From positions 258,774 to 322,773 of the forward strand of contig CAWIOS010000015.1 of NCBI GenBank assembly GCA_963837815.1: DNA of 64,000 nt. The letters are read 5' to 3'. This document shows, piece after piece, positions 46,078 through 55,201 of this stretch (its first letter is position 1; the number at the start of each line of letters is the position of its first letter). Source of the stretch: Ignavibacteriota bacterium. Its GTDB lineage: Bacteria; Bacteroidota; Ignavibacteria; UBA10030; UBA6906. The translations under genes and the position numbers were made by a program. The notes beneath the pieces are model-generated. The model saw nothing but the letters and a program-made list of their open reading frames with translations, was not told the DNA's origin and searched no databases.

Positions 46078-47042
46078 GTTCTCGCCGCGTTCTTGTCTTC
46101 GGGAGTAACGGCCTTCTCGGCCAGAAAATCGCGGACCTTCTCGTCCGGGGGACACCCGCCTCCGTGACACTCTCCTCGTTCGAAAGCGCCTCCGTCCGCC
46201 CGATGGACCCCGCCGAATACATGCAGGCGGACATCACATCCAAGAAAGACGTCAAGGCGGCCGTCGCGCGCGCGGAGCCCGACGTCATAATCAATTGTGC
46301 GGCGATAACGAACGTGGACGCGTGCGAGACCGAGCGGGAAACCGCCTGGAAGGTGAACGTTGGAGGGGTCGAGCACATCATCGAGGCGGCGCGGCGCACT
46401 GGTGCGACGATCGTCCACGTGTCGAGCGACTACATCTTCGACGGGAAGAACGGACCGTATACCGAGGACGACAGGCCCGAGCCGTTGAGCTACTACGGAA
46501 AGACAAAGCTCGCGGGGGAGAATTCGCTGCGCGCTTCGGGGATGAACTATCTCATCGCGCGCACGATGATCCTGTACGGCTTCGCTGCGGGCGTCAAGCA
46601 GAACTTCGCGCTCTGGCTCATACAGAGCCTTGAGAAGCAGACGCCGGTGCGAATCGTCGACGACCAGCTCGGGAACCCGACGCTTGCAGACGATCTAGCC
46701 TACGGCCTTCTCCGTGGGATGGAGCTCGGGCGGACAGGCGTCTACAACATCGCGGGTCGCGACATTGTCTCGAGGTATGAATTCGCCGTGCGCATCGCCC
46801 GCGCGTTCAATCTTGACGCGTCGCTCATTTCCCCCGTCAAGACCGCCCAGCTCAGGCAGCCCGCGCACAGGCCGCTCAAATCCGGGCTTATCACGCTCAA
46901 AGCCGAGGTGGAACTCGGTATCCACCCCTCGACGATCGAACAGGGGCTCGCGGTCCTGAAGAACCAGATCTCGCGCGGGAAGCGGCGTGCCGCCGACAGC
47001 GGTCCTGTTCCGGGTCAGCCGCACGGGCGCGGAAAACACTGA
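46074..47042 (+). CDS. rmlD: dTDP-4-dehydrorhamnose reductase
   Basis: The start is MSSRRVLVFGSNGLLG (Rossmann fold). It has YGKTK. The start overlaps the dapD stop. Confidence 0.75.
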   Translation: MSSRRVLVFGSNGLLGQKIADLLVRGTPASVTLSSFESASVRPMDPAEYMQADITSKKDVKAAVARAEPDVIINCAAITNVDACETERETAWKVNVGGVEHIIEAARRTGATIVHVSSDYIFDGKNGPYTEDDRPEPLSYYGKTKLAGENSLRASGMNYLIARTMILYGFAAGVKQNFALWLIQSLEKQTPVRIVDDQLGNPTLADDLAYGLLRGMELGRTGVYNIAGRDIVSRYEFAVRIARAFNLDASLISPVKTAQLRQPAHRPLKSGLITLKAEVELGIHPSTIEQGLAVLKNQISRGKRRAADSGPVPGQPHGRGKH

Positions 47043-47054
47043 AAGACACAGACA

Positions 47055-48323
47055 ATGCTCGACATTAAGTTCATTCGTGAAAACGCGGAAAAGGTGAGGG
47101 CGGGCGTTCGGCTCAAGGGGGAGCAGGAGTCGATGGTCGACGAAGCCCTTGCGCTCGATGAGGAGCGGCGGCGGACGCTGCAGAAAGTCGAGGCGCTCAA
47201 AAACCGGCGGAACGAGGTGTCCGACACGGTCGCAGGGATGAAGGCCCGGAAGGAGGATGCCTCTGCGCTCATCGCGGAAATGCGGAGCGTCGCCGATGAG
47301 ATCAAGTCGCTCGATGCCTCGCTCGGGAAGATTGAGGAAAATCTACGCTCGGCGCTCCTGCTCATCCCCAATCTCCCCCACGAGAGCGTCCCCCCGGGAA
47401 AGACCCCCGGCGACAACAAGACCGTGGCAACCTGGGGTGATGAGCCGGTAACGGATTTTCCGCTCAAGCCGCACTGGGACCTCATGGAAAATCTCCGGAT
47501 TGTCGATTTTCCCCGGGGAACCAAGATCACCGGCGCGGGGTTTCCCGTGTACGTCGGCCGGGGGGCGGAACTCGAGCGGGCGCTCATTAATTTCTTCCTT
47601 GACGAGGCCAGGACGCGGGGGTACACGGAAATGAGCCCCCCCCTCATGGTAAACACGGCAAGCGTCACGGGAACAGGGCAGCTTCCCGACAAGGAGGACC
47701 AGATGTACGTGGTCTCCCGGGACGAGATGTTCCTCGTCCCCACAGCCGAGGTCCCCGTCACGAATTACTACAGGGACGAAATTCTCACGGAAAAGCAGCT
47801 TCCGGTCCGTCTCTGCGCCGCGACCCCCTGTTTCCGCCGCGAGGCCGGTTCGTACGGGAAGGATGTGCGGGGGCTCAACCGGGTGCACCAGTTTCACAAG
47901 GTCGAGCTTGTAAAGCTCGTCCGCCCGGACACGTCGTATGAAGAGCTTGAGGAGATGCGCGCGGACGCGGAACGTCTCATTCAGAAACTCGGTCTCAGGT
48001 ACAGGGTGCTGCTCATGTGCGCCGGCGACATTGGCTTTACGCAGGCCAAGAAATACGATCTGGAGGTCTGGTCCCCAGGGCAGGCGAAATGGCTCGAGGT
48101 ATCCTCGATAAGCAATTTTGAATCGTACCAGGCGCGGCGCATGAACATCCGCTTCCGCCCCGACGCGGGGGGGAAGCCTGAAATCGTTCACACGCTCAAC
48201 GGGTCCGCCCTTGCGCTTCCCCGTATTGTCGCCGCGCTCCTTGAACACTGCCAGACCCCGGAAGGGAAGATCGTGGTGCCGGCCGTGCTGCACAGGTACA
48301 CGGAATTTGAAATCATAGGATAA
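47055..48323 (+). CDS. serS: Seryl-tRNA synthetase
   Basis: The N-terminal coiled coil is MLDIKFIREN.... It has class II aaRS motifs 1-3. Confidence 0.9.
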   Translation: MLDIKFIRENAEKVRAGVRLKGEQESMVDEALALDEERRRTLQKVEALKNRRNEVSDTVAGMKARKEDASALIAEMRSVADEIKSLDASLGKIEENLRSALLLIPNLPHESVPPGKTPGDNKTVATWGDEPVTDFPLKPHWDLMENLRIVDFPRGTKITGAGFPVYVGRGAELERALINFFLDEARTRGYTEMSPPLMVNTASVTGTGQLPDKEDQMYVVSRDEMFLVPTAEVPVTNYYRDEILTEKQLPVRLCAATPCFRREAGSYGKDVRGLNRVHQFHKVELVKLVRPDTSYEELEEMRADAERLIQKLGLRYRVLLMCAGDIGFTQAKKYDLEVWSPGQAKWLEVSSISNFESYQARRMNIRFRPDAGGKPEIVHTLNGSALALPRIVAALLEHCQTPEGKIVVPAVLHRYTEFEIIG

Positions 48324-48326
48324 CGT

Positions 48327-50087
48327 TTGAAGCCGCTCCTTCGCTTGCGACCGTATCTTGCGCGGTACAGGAACACCCTTCTCTGGGGACTCCTGACCGT
48401 GGTGTTGAGCAACGTGTTCAATGTTGCTCTCCCCCTCTTTGTGGGGCGCGCCATCGACGCCCTGAAGTCCGGCCTCCAGACCGGCGCCCTCGACTCGGGG
48501 GGAGTCCTCAGGTACGCGCTTCTCGTCGTCGGCTTCTCCCTTCTCGCGGGGATATTCACGTTCCTCACACGCCAGACGATCATCGTCGTCTCCCGCCACG
48601 TCGAGTTTGACATCCGGAACGATTTCCTCCGGCACATCCAGAAGCTCCCGCTCGCCTACTTCCAGAACACCCCCACCGGCGAGCTGATGGCGCTCGCAAC
48701 AAACGACATCAGTGCCGTCCGGAACGCACTCGGTCCGGGCATCATGTATCCCACGGACACGATGATGACGTTCATCATGGTCCTCGGGGTGATGCTCTAC
48801 GCCGACTGGCAGCTCACGCTCCTGGCGCTGATTCCACTCCCGTTCGTCTCCATCGCGGTCTACCGGCTCGGGAAGCTCGTCCACAAGAAATTTGAAGAGC
48901 GCCAGGCGCAGTACTCCGCCCTCACGACGCGAGCGCAGGAGAACCTCTCCGGCATCAGGGTCATCAAGACCTACGTGCGCGAAGAGCACGAGACGGAGCT
49001 CTTCCGGAGCATGAGCTGGGACTACCTGAAGAAGAACCTCGTCCTCGCCCGTGTCCAGTCCATCATGTGGCCGCTCATGTTCCTCCTGATCGGATTCTCC
49101 CTTGTCATCACGCTCTACGCCGGGGGCTCGCGAGTCATCGACGGGCGCCTCTCCATCGGCACGCTCACCGCGTTCTTCGGCTACCAGGTGATGCTCATCT
49201 GGCCGATGATCGCATTCGGCTGGGTGATCAACCAGCTCCAGCAGGGGGCCGCCTCAATGGCGCGCCTGGCGAGGATCATGGACACGGAGCCCGGCATCAG
49301 GGACACCGACGCCACCGACCGCTCCATCACCGCGGTCAAGGGGACAATAGAATTCCGGAACGTCACGTTCCTCCACACCGGGGCGGCGAACCCGGCGCTG
49401 AAGGGGATCTCGCTCACGATCCCGGCGGGGAGCACGCTCGCGATCGTGGGGTACACCGGTTCGGGGAAGAGCACGCTCGTGAACCTGATCCCGCGTCTGT
49501 ACGACGTCACAGGCGGGGAGCTCCTCGTCGACGGCGTGGACGTGCGGCGTATCCCCCTCGGCGTTCTCCGCGGGGCCATCGGCTACGTGCCGCAGGAGAC
49601 GTTCCTTTTTTCGGACACGATCGCGGACAATATCGCCTACGGTACGGACGGGGGATCGGAAGCGGAGGTCCACGAGGCGGCGGAGATCGCGCGCATCGCG
49701 CGGGACATCGCCGACTTCCCGAAGGGGTACGAAACGCTTCTCGGCGAGCGCGGCATTACGCTCTCCGGGGGGCAGAAGCAGCGGACAAGCATCGCCCGGG
49801 CGGTCATGCGGAAGCCGGCCATCCTGATACTGGACGACGCGCTCTCCGCGGTCGACACGTATACGGAAGAGGGGATCCTGAGCCGCCTCCGCGGCGTCAT
49901 GAAAGGGCGCACGAGCATCATCATAAGCCACAGGATCTCCACGGTCAAGGACGCGGACTCGATCGTGGTCCTCGACGGCGGGGAAATACGGGAGCAGGGG
50001 ACACACGACGAGCTTGTCGCGCATGGGGGGATCTACGCCGAGCTCCACCGCAAGCAGCTCCTGGAAGAAGAGCTCGAACAGTTGTAG
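48327..50087 (+). CDS. ABC exporter, fused permease/ATPase (type I; MsbA/heterodimer half-transporter)
   Basis: It has six TM helices, Walker A GYTGSGKST, signature LSGGQKQR, and Walker B ILILDDALSAVD. Confidence 0.9.
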   Translation: MKPLLRLRPYLARYRNTLLWGLLTVVLSNVFNVALPLFVGRAIDALKSGLQTGALDSGGVLRYALLVVGFSLLAGIFTFLTRQTIIVVSRHVEFDIRNDFLRHIQKLPLAYFQNTPTGELMALATNDISAVRNALGPGIMYPTDTMMTFIMVLGVMLYADWQLTLLALIPLPFVSIAVYRLGKLVHKKFEERQAQYSALTTRAQENLSGIRVIKTYVREEHETELFRSMSWDYLKKNLVLARVQSIMWPLMFLLIGFSLVITLYAGGSRVIDGRLSIGTLTAFFGYQVMLIWPMIAFGWVINQLQQGAASMARLARIMDTEPGIRDTDATDRSITAVKGTIEFRNVTFLHTGAANPALKGISLTIPAGSTLAIVGYTGSGKSTLVNLIPRLYDVTGGELLVDGVDVRRIPLGVLRGAIGYVPQETFLFSDTIADNIAYGTDGGSEAEVHEAAEIARIARDIADFPKGYETLLGERGITLSGGQKQRTSIARAVMRKPAILILDDALSAVDTYTEEGILSRLRGVMKGRTSIIISHRISTVKDADSIVVLDGGEIREQGTHDELVAHGGIYAELHRKQLLEEELEQL

Positions 50088-50129
50088 ATCATCGCGGCCG
50101 GAACCCGGACGCCCACTGACAGGGAAACC

Positions 50130-51926
50130 ATGCAGGAAGAAGAAGTCCTCGGCAAAGCCTACGACGCGCGGCTTATGAGCAGGATGCTCCGCTACTTGAA
50201 GCCGTACGCCGTGTACGTCGCGGCCGGCATCGCGCTCAGCATCGCGGTCTCGGCGATGGAGGCCGTCCGTCCCTACTTTGTCAAGGTGGCGGTGGACGTC
50301 AACATCGCGCAGAAAGACTACGGGGGGCTGATGCGGACGACGCTCCTCTTCCTGGGGGTGATGATCGTTCGCGGCGTCCTGCAGTACCTGAACACCTACC
50401 TCACGCAGTGGATCGGGCAGCGGACGATATTTGACCTCCGCATGGAGATATTCTCCCACCTGCAGCGGCTCGGACTCAGATTCTACGACAGGAACCCGAT
50501 CGGCCGCCTCATCACGCGCGTGACGAACGACGTCGAGGTCCTGAACGACATGTTCTCCTCCGGCATCGTCATGGTGTTCAGCGACGTCTTCACGATCATC
50601 GGGATACTGTATTTCATGTTCTCGATGAACTGGCGCCTCGCCCTGATCTCTCTCAGCGTTCTCCCCCTTCTTTTCTACGGCACGTTCCTATTCCGCAAAA
50701 AAGCCCGCGAGGCATACAGGGAAGTCCGCGTCCAGATCGCGCGGATCAACGCGTTCATGCAGGAGCATATCACGGGGATGATGGTGGACCAGGTGTTTTC
50801 CCGTGAAGGGTATTCGTACGAGAAATTCCGGGACATTAACGGGCTCCACAGGGACGCGAACATCAAGTCGATATTCTACTACGCGGTCTTCTATCCGGGC
50901 GTCGACCTTATCGGCGCGATCGCGGTCGGCCTCATCATCTGGTACGCCGGCGTGGAGACGATCGGCGGTGGGGTCACGATCGGCACCGTCATGGCGTTCC
51001 TGCAGTTCAACGAGATGTTCTGGAGACCGATCCGCGACCTGTCGGAGAAATATAACATCATGCAGACCGCCATGGCCTCCTCCGAGCGGGTGTTCAGGCT
51101 CCTTGACGACACAACGGTCATCCTCGACACCCCCGGGGCCGTTGCGCTTCCCTCGGTTCGTGGCGAGGTTGAATTCCGCAATGTCTGGTTCGCATACAAC
51201 GTGCCGGAGAACGGATCGGAGCCCGAGTGGGTCCTGAAGAACGTCTCGTTTGTGATCCGCGCCGGCGAGACGGCGGCGTTCGTCGGCCACACCGGGGCCG
51301 GGAAGACGACAATAATCAGCCTCCTCAGCCGGCTCTACGACGTCCAGAAGGGTGAAATCCTGATCGACGGCATCGACATCAGGAAGGTTCCGCAATCCGA
51401 CCTCCGCCGGCACATCGCCGTCGTGCTCCAGGACGTCTTCCTCTTCTCGGGCGACATCACGACGAACATCAACCTCGGAAACGACAACATTGGTGAGGAG
51501 CGCGTCAGGGAAGCAGCGCGCGTTGTCGGCGCGAGCAGGTTTATCGAACAGCTTTCAGGGGCGTACCGCGCGGAGGTAAAGGAAAGAGGCTCGACGCTCT
51601 CCGTGGGGCAGAAGCAGCTCATCTCGTTCGCACGGGCGCTGGCATACCAGCCCCGCATACTCGTCCTCGACGAGGCAACTTCCAGCGTCGACACGGAGAC
51701 CGAGCTTCTCATCCAGGAAGCGATAAAGAAACTCCTGTTCGGCCGGACATCCATCGTTATCGCCCACCGCCTTTCCACGATCCAGTCCGCCTCCCAGATC
51801 ATCGTCATGCACAAGGGGGAGATCAGGGAGAGGGGGAACCACCAGCAGCTCCTCACCCTGGGGGGCGTCTACTACACGCTCTACCAGCTCCAGTACAAAG
51901 ACCAGGAACTTCCCCGCGCGGTGTGA
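50130..51926 (+). CDS. ABC exporter, fused permease/ATPase (partner half-transporter)
   Basis: It has six TM helices, Walker A GHTGAGKTT, signature LSVGQKQL, and Walker B LVLDEATSSVD. Confidence 0.9.
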   Translation: MQEEEVLGKAYDARLMSRMLRYLKPYAVYVAAGIALSIAVSAMEAVRPYFVKVAVDVNIAQKDYGGLMRTTLLFLGVMIVRGVLQYLNTYLTQWIGQRTIFDLRMEIFSHLQRLGLRFYDRNPIGRLITRVTNDVEVLNDMFSSGIVMVFSDVFTIIGILYFMFSMNWRLALISLSVLPLLFYGTFLFRKKAREAYREVRVQIARINAFMQEHITGMMVDQVFSREGYSYEKFRDINGLHRDANIKSIFYYAVFYPGVDLIGAIAVGLIIWYAGVETIGGGVTIGTVMAFLQFNEMFWRPIRDLSEKYNIMQTAMASSERVFRLLDDTTVILDTPGAVALPSVRGEVEFRNVWFAYNVPENGSEPEWVLKNVSFVIRAGETAAFVGHTGAGKTTIISLLSRLYDVQKGEILIDGIDIRKVPQSDLRRHIAVVLQDVFLFSGDITTNINLGNDNIGEERVREAARVVGASRFIEQLSGAYRAEVKERGSTLSVGQKQLISFARALAYQPRILVLDEATSSVDTETELLIQEAIKKLLFGRTSIVIAHRLSTIQSASQIIVMHKGEIRERGNHQQLLTLGGVYYTLYQLQYKDQELPRAV

Positions 51927-52068
51927 CGCCCGTCCTTGAAACTCCGTGCCCTGATCTTTAGATTCCAGCACGGGTGGTGCGCAGTGCCGGTGCGCTCCCG
52001 CAGGTGTTGAATCCGCCCGGCAGGTCCCTCCACACGTACGACACACGAGGTGCGAATCGAGGAGAGCT

Positions 52069-53091
52069 ATGAGCGCCCAGAACCCCACCGGAACAAAATT
52101 CATGACGCTGGAGCGGCACATCATCGAGGGGGAACGGGAACACCCTGGCGCCACCGGGAGCTTCAGCTCCCTCCTTCACAACCTTTCGCTTGCCGCGAAG
52201 CTCATCTGGCGCGAGGTCACGAAAGCGGGACTCGTGAATATCCTCGGCAAGACCGACAGGATGAACATCAGCGGCGACGTCATCAAGAAGCTGGACGAAT
52301 TCGCGGACCAGACGATCTACAGGGCGATGGATCATGGCGGGGACGTCTGCGTAATGGCGTCCGAGGAGAACGAAGACATACTGCAGATTCCGGACGACTA
52401 CCCGCACGGCCGCTACGTCCTCATCTACGACCCGCTCGACGGATCGGGGAACATCGACGCGAACGTCACGATCGGCACGATCTTCTCGGTCTATGCCCGC
52501 GTTACGGAATCCGGCATGGGGACGATCGAGGATGTCCTGCAGGCGGGGCACAGGCAGGTCGCGGCCGGGTATCTCCTCTTCGGCTCGAGCATGATGTTCG
52601 TGTACTGCACGGGACACGGGGTCCATGGCTTCACGCTCGACCCGAGCGTGGGCGAGTTCATCCTCTCGCACGAGAACATACGCATACCGAAACGGGGGAC
52701 GATCTACAGCCTCAACGAGGGGAATGCGGAACGCTGGAATGCCAATATGCAGCGGTACGTCCGGTGGCTGAAGGAGGAGGACGAGGCGACCGGTCGCCCG
52801 TACAGCTCCCGGTACATCGGTTCGGTCGTCGCCGACGTACACCGGACGATGCTCTACGGCGGGATCTACTGTTATCCCGGCGATACGAAGAACCAGAACG
52901 GGAAGCTCCGCCTTATGTATGAAAACAATCCTCTTGCGTTCATCGTTGAAAACGCGGGAGGGGCGGCCTCAGACGGCCGCAGGCGCATACTCGACATCAA
53001 GCCGACGTCGCTTCACCAGCGGGTCCCGCTCTACATCGGGAGCAGGGAAGACGTCCGTACCGCGGAGGAATTCCTCGCCGGAATGAGGTGA
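52069..53091 (+). CDS. fbp: Fructose-1,6-bisphosphatase class 1
   Basis: It reads MTLERHIIEGEREHPGATGSF...DPLDGSGNID... and has FBPase class 1 motifs. Confidence 0.9.
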   Translation: MSAQNPTGTKFMTLERHIIEGEREHPGATGSFSSLLHNLSLAAKLIWREVTKAGLVNILGKTDRMNISGDVIKKLDEFADQTIYRAMDHGGDVCVMASEENEDILQIPDDYPHGRYVLIYDPLDGSGNIDANVTIGTIFSVYARVTESGMGTIEDVLQAGHRQVAAGYLLFGSSMMFVYCTGHGVHGFTLDPSVGEFILSHENIRIPKRGTIYSLNEGNAERWNANMQRYVRWLKEEDEATGRPYSSRYIGSVVADVHRTMLYGGIYCYPGDTKNQNGKLRLMYENNPLAFIVENAGGAASDGRRRILDIKPTSLHQRVPLYIGSREDVRTAEEFLAGMR

Positions 53092-53155
53092 AATGAAGGT
53101 GGCGCCGGAGGCGCCACGGGAATGCGGTGAAATGAAGGTGGCGCCGGAGGCGCCA
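53078..53155. repeat. 39-bp tandem duplication (2 copies, 2 mismatches). Each copy contains the hairpin TGGCGCC-GGA-GGCGCCA.
   Basis: The units are c(c/g)ggaatg(a/c)ggtgaaatgaaggtggcgccggaggcgcca at 53078-53116 and 53117-53155. The first copy includes the fbp stop codon. Confidence 0.6.
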
Positions 53156-53175
53156 TTCACGCGAGTGCAACAATA

Positions 53176-53210
53176 GAAAACCCCGCCGAAGGCGGGGTTT
53201 TCTATTTCTC
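53176..53210. terminator. Bidirectional rho-independent terminator
   Basis: The sequence is gaAAAccccgccGAAGggcggggTTTTcTaTTTcTc: a GC stem with an A-tract before and a T-tract after. A second hairpin, ccacgcc-ttcttcc-ggcgtgg at 53258-53278 followed by T-rich sequence on the minus strand, terminates the 53301-54023 gene. Confidence 0.7.
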
Positions 53211-53300
53211 ACTGCTAACTCGCCGTTGGCGGGATTAACAGAGTGTTACAGTGAAAACCACGCCTTCTTCCGGCGTGGGTGGTGGGGTGGAAACCATCTG

Positions 53301-54023
53301 CTACTGCAACTTCGCAAGCTTCTCTTTTGCCTTCTCCACGAGCGAGCTGGAGGGATACGTGCTGACGAGCTTGTTATACGCATCCTTGGCGGCTGCCTTG
53401 TCTCCGAGCGCCATGTAGGAATTCCCGATCATGAGCTGTGCATAGGGGCGTTTCCCCGATCCCGAGTAGCCCAGGACGGTCTCGAAGTGCTTTATCGCCT
53501 CGTCATATTTCTTCATTCCGTACAGTGATTCCCCGATCCAGTAGTGGCAGTTGTCGACGAGCTTGTCCGAGCCGGAATTCAGTATCGCAGTGAATTGGTT
53601 CGCCGCTTCCTGGAAATTTCTCTTCTTGAATTCACCGAGTGCCGAGGTATATGCGCCGGAGACGTCGCTCACCGGGGCCGACGGAGCCGCGGATTCCGCG
53701 GCCGGCGCCTTCGCTGCCGCCGTCGCTTCGTTCAATTTCGTCTCGAGTTCCGCATTGCGAGCCGTCAGCGTCCTGTTCTCGGCGGCAAGTGCGTCATTTT
53801 GCTCCTTGATCCGCCGGTTCTCGAGCTTCATGCTGTCGGCCGGTGTCTCAGGGGCAGTCGCACCGGAGGCAGCCGCGGTTGTCGTCGCGGGAGTGGACTC
53901 CCAGTTTTCCGTGTCTTCCTCTGAAGACCCGCATCCCACCGCCGCCACGGCCAGACCCAGAGCGAAAGTGGCCGGGATGATGAGCATGCGGAGGGGACGG
54001 ACACTCTTTGGGTCGTTGCTCAT
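53301..54023 (-). CDS. TPR/coiled-coil lipoprotein (YbgF/CpoB-like)
   Basis: It has a lipobox (AAVGCGSS), an Ala/Thr-rich linker, coiled coil (LTARNAELETKLNEATAAAKA), and C-terminal TPR repeats. Confidence 0.55.
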   Translation of the reverse strand: MSNDPKSVRPLRMLIIPATFALGLAVAAVGCGSSEEDTENWESTPATTTAAASGATAPETPADSMKLENRRIKEQNDALAAENRTLTARNAELETKLNEATAAAKAPAAESAAPSAPVSDVSGAYTSALGEFKKRNFQEAANQFTAILNSGSDKLVDNCHYWIGESLYGMKKYDEAIKHFETVLGYSGSGKRPYAQLMIGNSYMALGDKAAAKDAYNKLVSTYPSSSLVEKAKEKLAKLQ

Positions 54024-54202
54024 GAGTACTCTCCTTTACGTGTGGTGGTAAGTGTCGTTAATGTATCAAAGCAGGCATGCAATGTCAAGGCGTACGGGGT
54101 GAATTCGGGCTCTCAATGTATAGGTTTAGAAGCACTTCGTCAAAGGATTGTCGAACTATTCCCCCTCAAACTCCCTTTAATAGAGAGGTTATGCGCGGCC
54201 CG

Positions 54203-55168
54203 TCACGATGGACGTTTCCTGGACCCGCACGCGGCATCGGCAAGGAGTCCGCTAATGGCCCGGGCGAGCCTGTCCGGAACCCCGTCGGGATGGCGTGATT
54301 GCAGGCGCATGTCGCAGATTTCGTTCACGTAATCGACGGTCACAAATTGCCCGGCGGGCGTCATGGCGATCTCCGTGGAAAAGAAATCCAGCATGCACAC
54401 CGTGCTTATCGCGCGCGCGATCGATGCGAGGGGAGAGAGGGAAAAACCCTCCGATTCGCCGGCAGTAACCTCCGCGTACACATGCGTGATGTCGTCCCAC
54501 CAGCAGGGAAAGATCTCCCCGCAGACGAAAAACACCCTGAACCACGCGCGTCTCCCCGAGAGCTCCGCCGGAACGACCTTCTCCTGGAGGAGGTACTTGT
54601 CGTCCCGGTGATGCTTCCGTGAATCAATCACGTCCTTGAGCGTCTCCGCCCCGGTGATCACGCCGATTCCCCCTCCCGTGGTGTTTGCGGGCTTGATGAT
54701 GAAAGGGCGTTTGAGGAGGGCCAGTTGTTCGAGTGAAAGCTCCACCTGCCATTCGCGGTTGTACGGCGAGATGATAATCGTGAAGGGGACAGCGATGCCG
54801 TGGGAAAGGAATTCCAGGTGCATCGTCGCCTTGTCCGCCGCCCGGCGGACTTCCTCCGGCGGGTTGAGAAACCGCGCGCCCGACTCTGCCATCGCCGCAG
54901 AAAGTTCGGTGAACGGTTCCTCATCGGGCGCCGCGCGATCAAGAAATGTCCCCACGCTCATCTCCCCCTTCCTGAGCGCCGTTGCCGCCGCAGGAGCATC
55001 CCCCGCGCCGAGCGCGGTCATCCGTATCCCCCGGTTCACGCACTCGGCGTCAAGAAGCGATATGAAATCGCTGTCGTACGCCCAGTCCCAGGCGACGGCA
55101 AGATCAATCCGGTCTCCGATGATCAATCTCCGTAGACGAACCGTGTACGATACCGAAAAGGTTTTCAC
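54203..55168 (-). CDS. ATP-grasp domain protein
   Basis: It has the RimK-like motif FIIKPANTTGGGIGV. Confidence 0.5.
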   Translation of the reverse strand: MKTFSVSYTVRLRRLIIGDRIDLAVAWDWAYDSDFISLLDAECVNRGIRMTALGAGDAPAAATALRKGEMSVGTFLDRAAPDEEPFTELSAAMAESGARFLNPPEEVRRAADKATMHLEFLSHGIAVPFTIIISPYNREWQVELSLEQLALLKRPFIIKPANTTGGGIGVITGAETLKDVIDSRKHHRDDKYLLQEKVVPAELSGRRAWFRVFFVCGEIFPCWWDDITHVYAEVTAGESEGFSLSPLASIARAISTVCMLDFFSTEIAMTPAGQFVTVDYVNEICDMRLQSRHPDGVPDRLARAISGLLADAACGSRKRPS

Positions 55169-55201
55169 CTGTCAAGGCCTGCTTGTTATTCAAACGGTGA
55201 A

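Noticed and set aside
47343-48989. 548-aa minus-strand ORF, and 49254..50459 (-), 50688..51413 (-), 51958..52842 (-), 55685..56899 (-), 58098..58946 (-)
   Set aside because: They are antisense to serS, the ABC exporters, fbp, the TPR protein and M23. All are long, stop-free antisense frames expected at about 66% GC.
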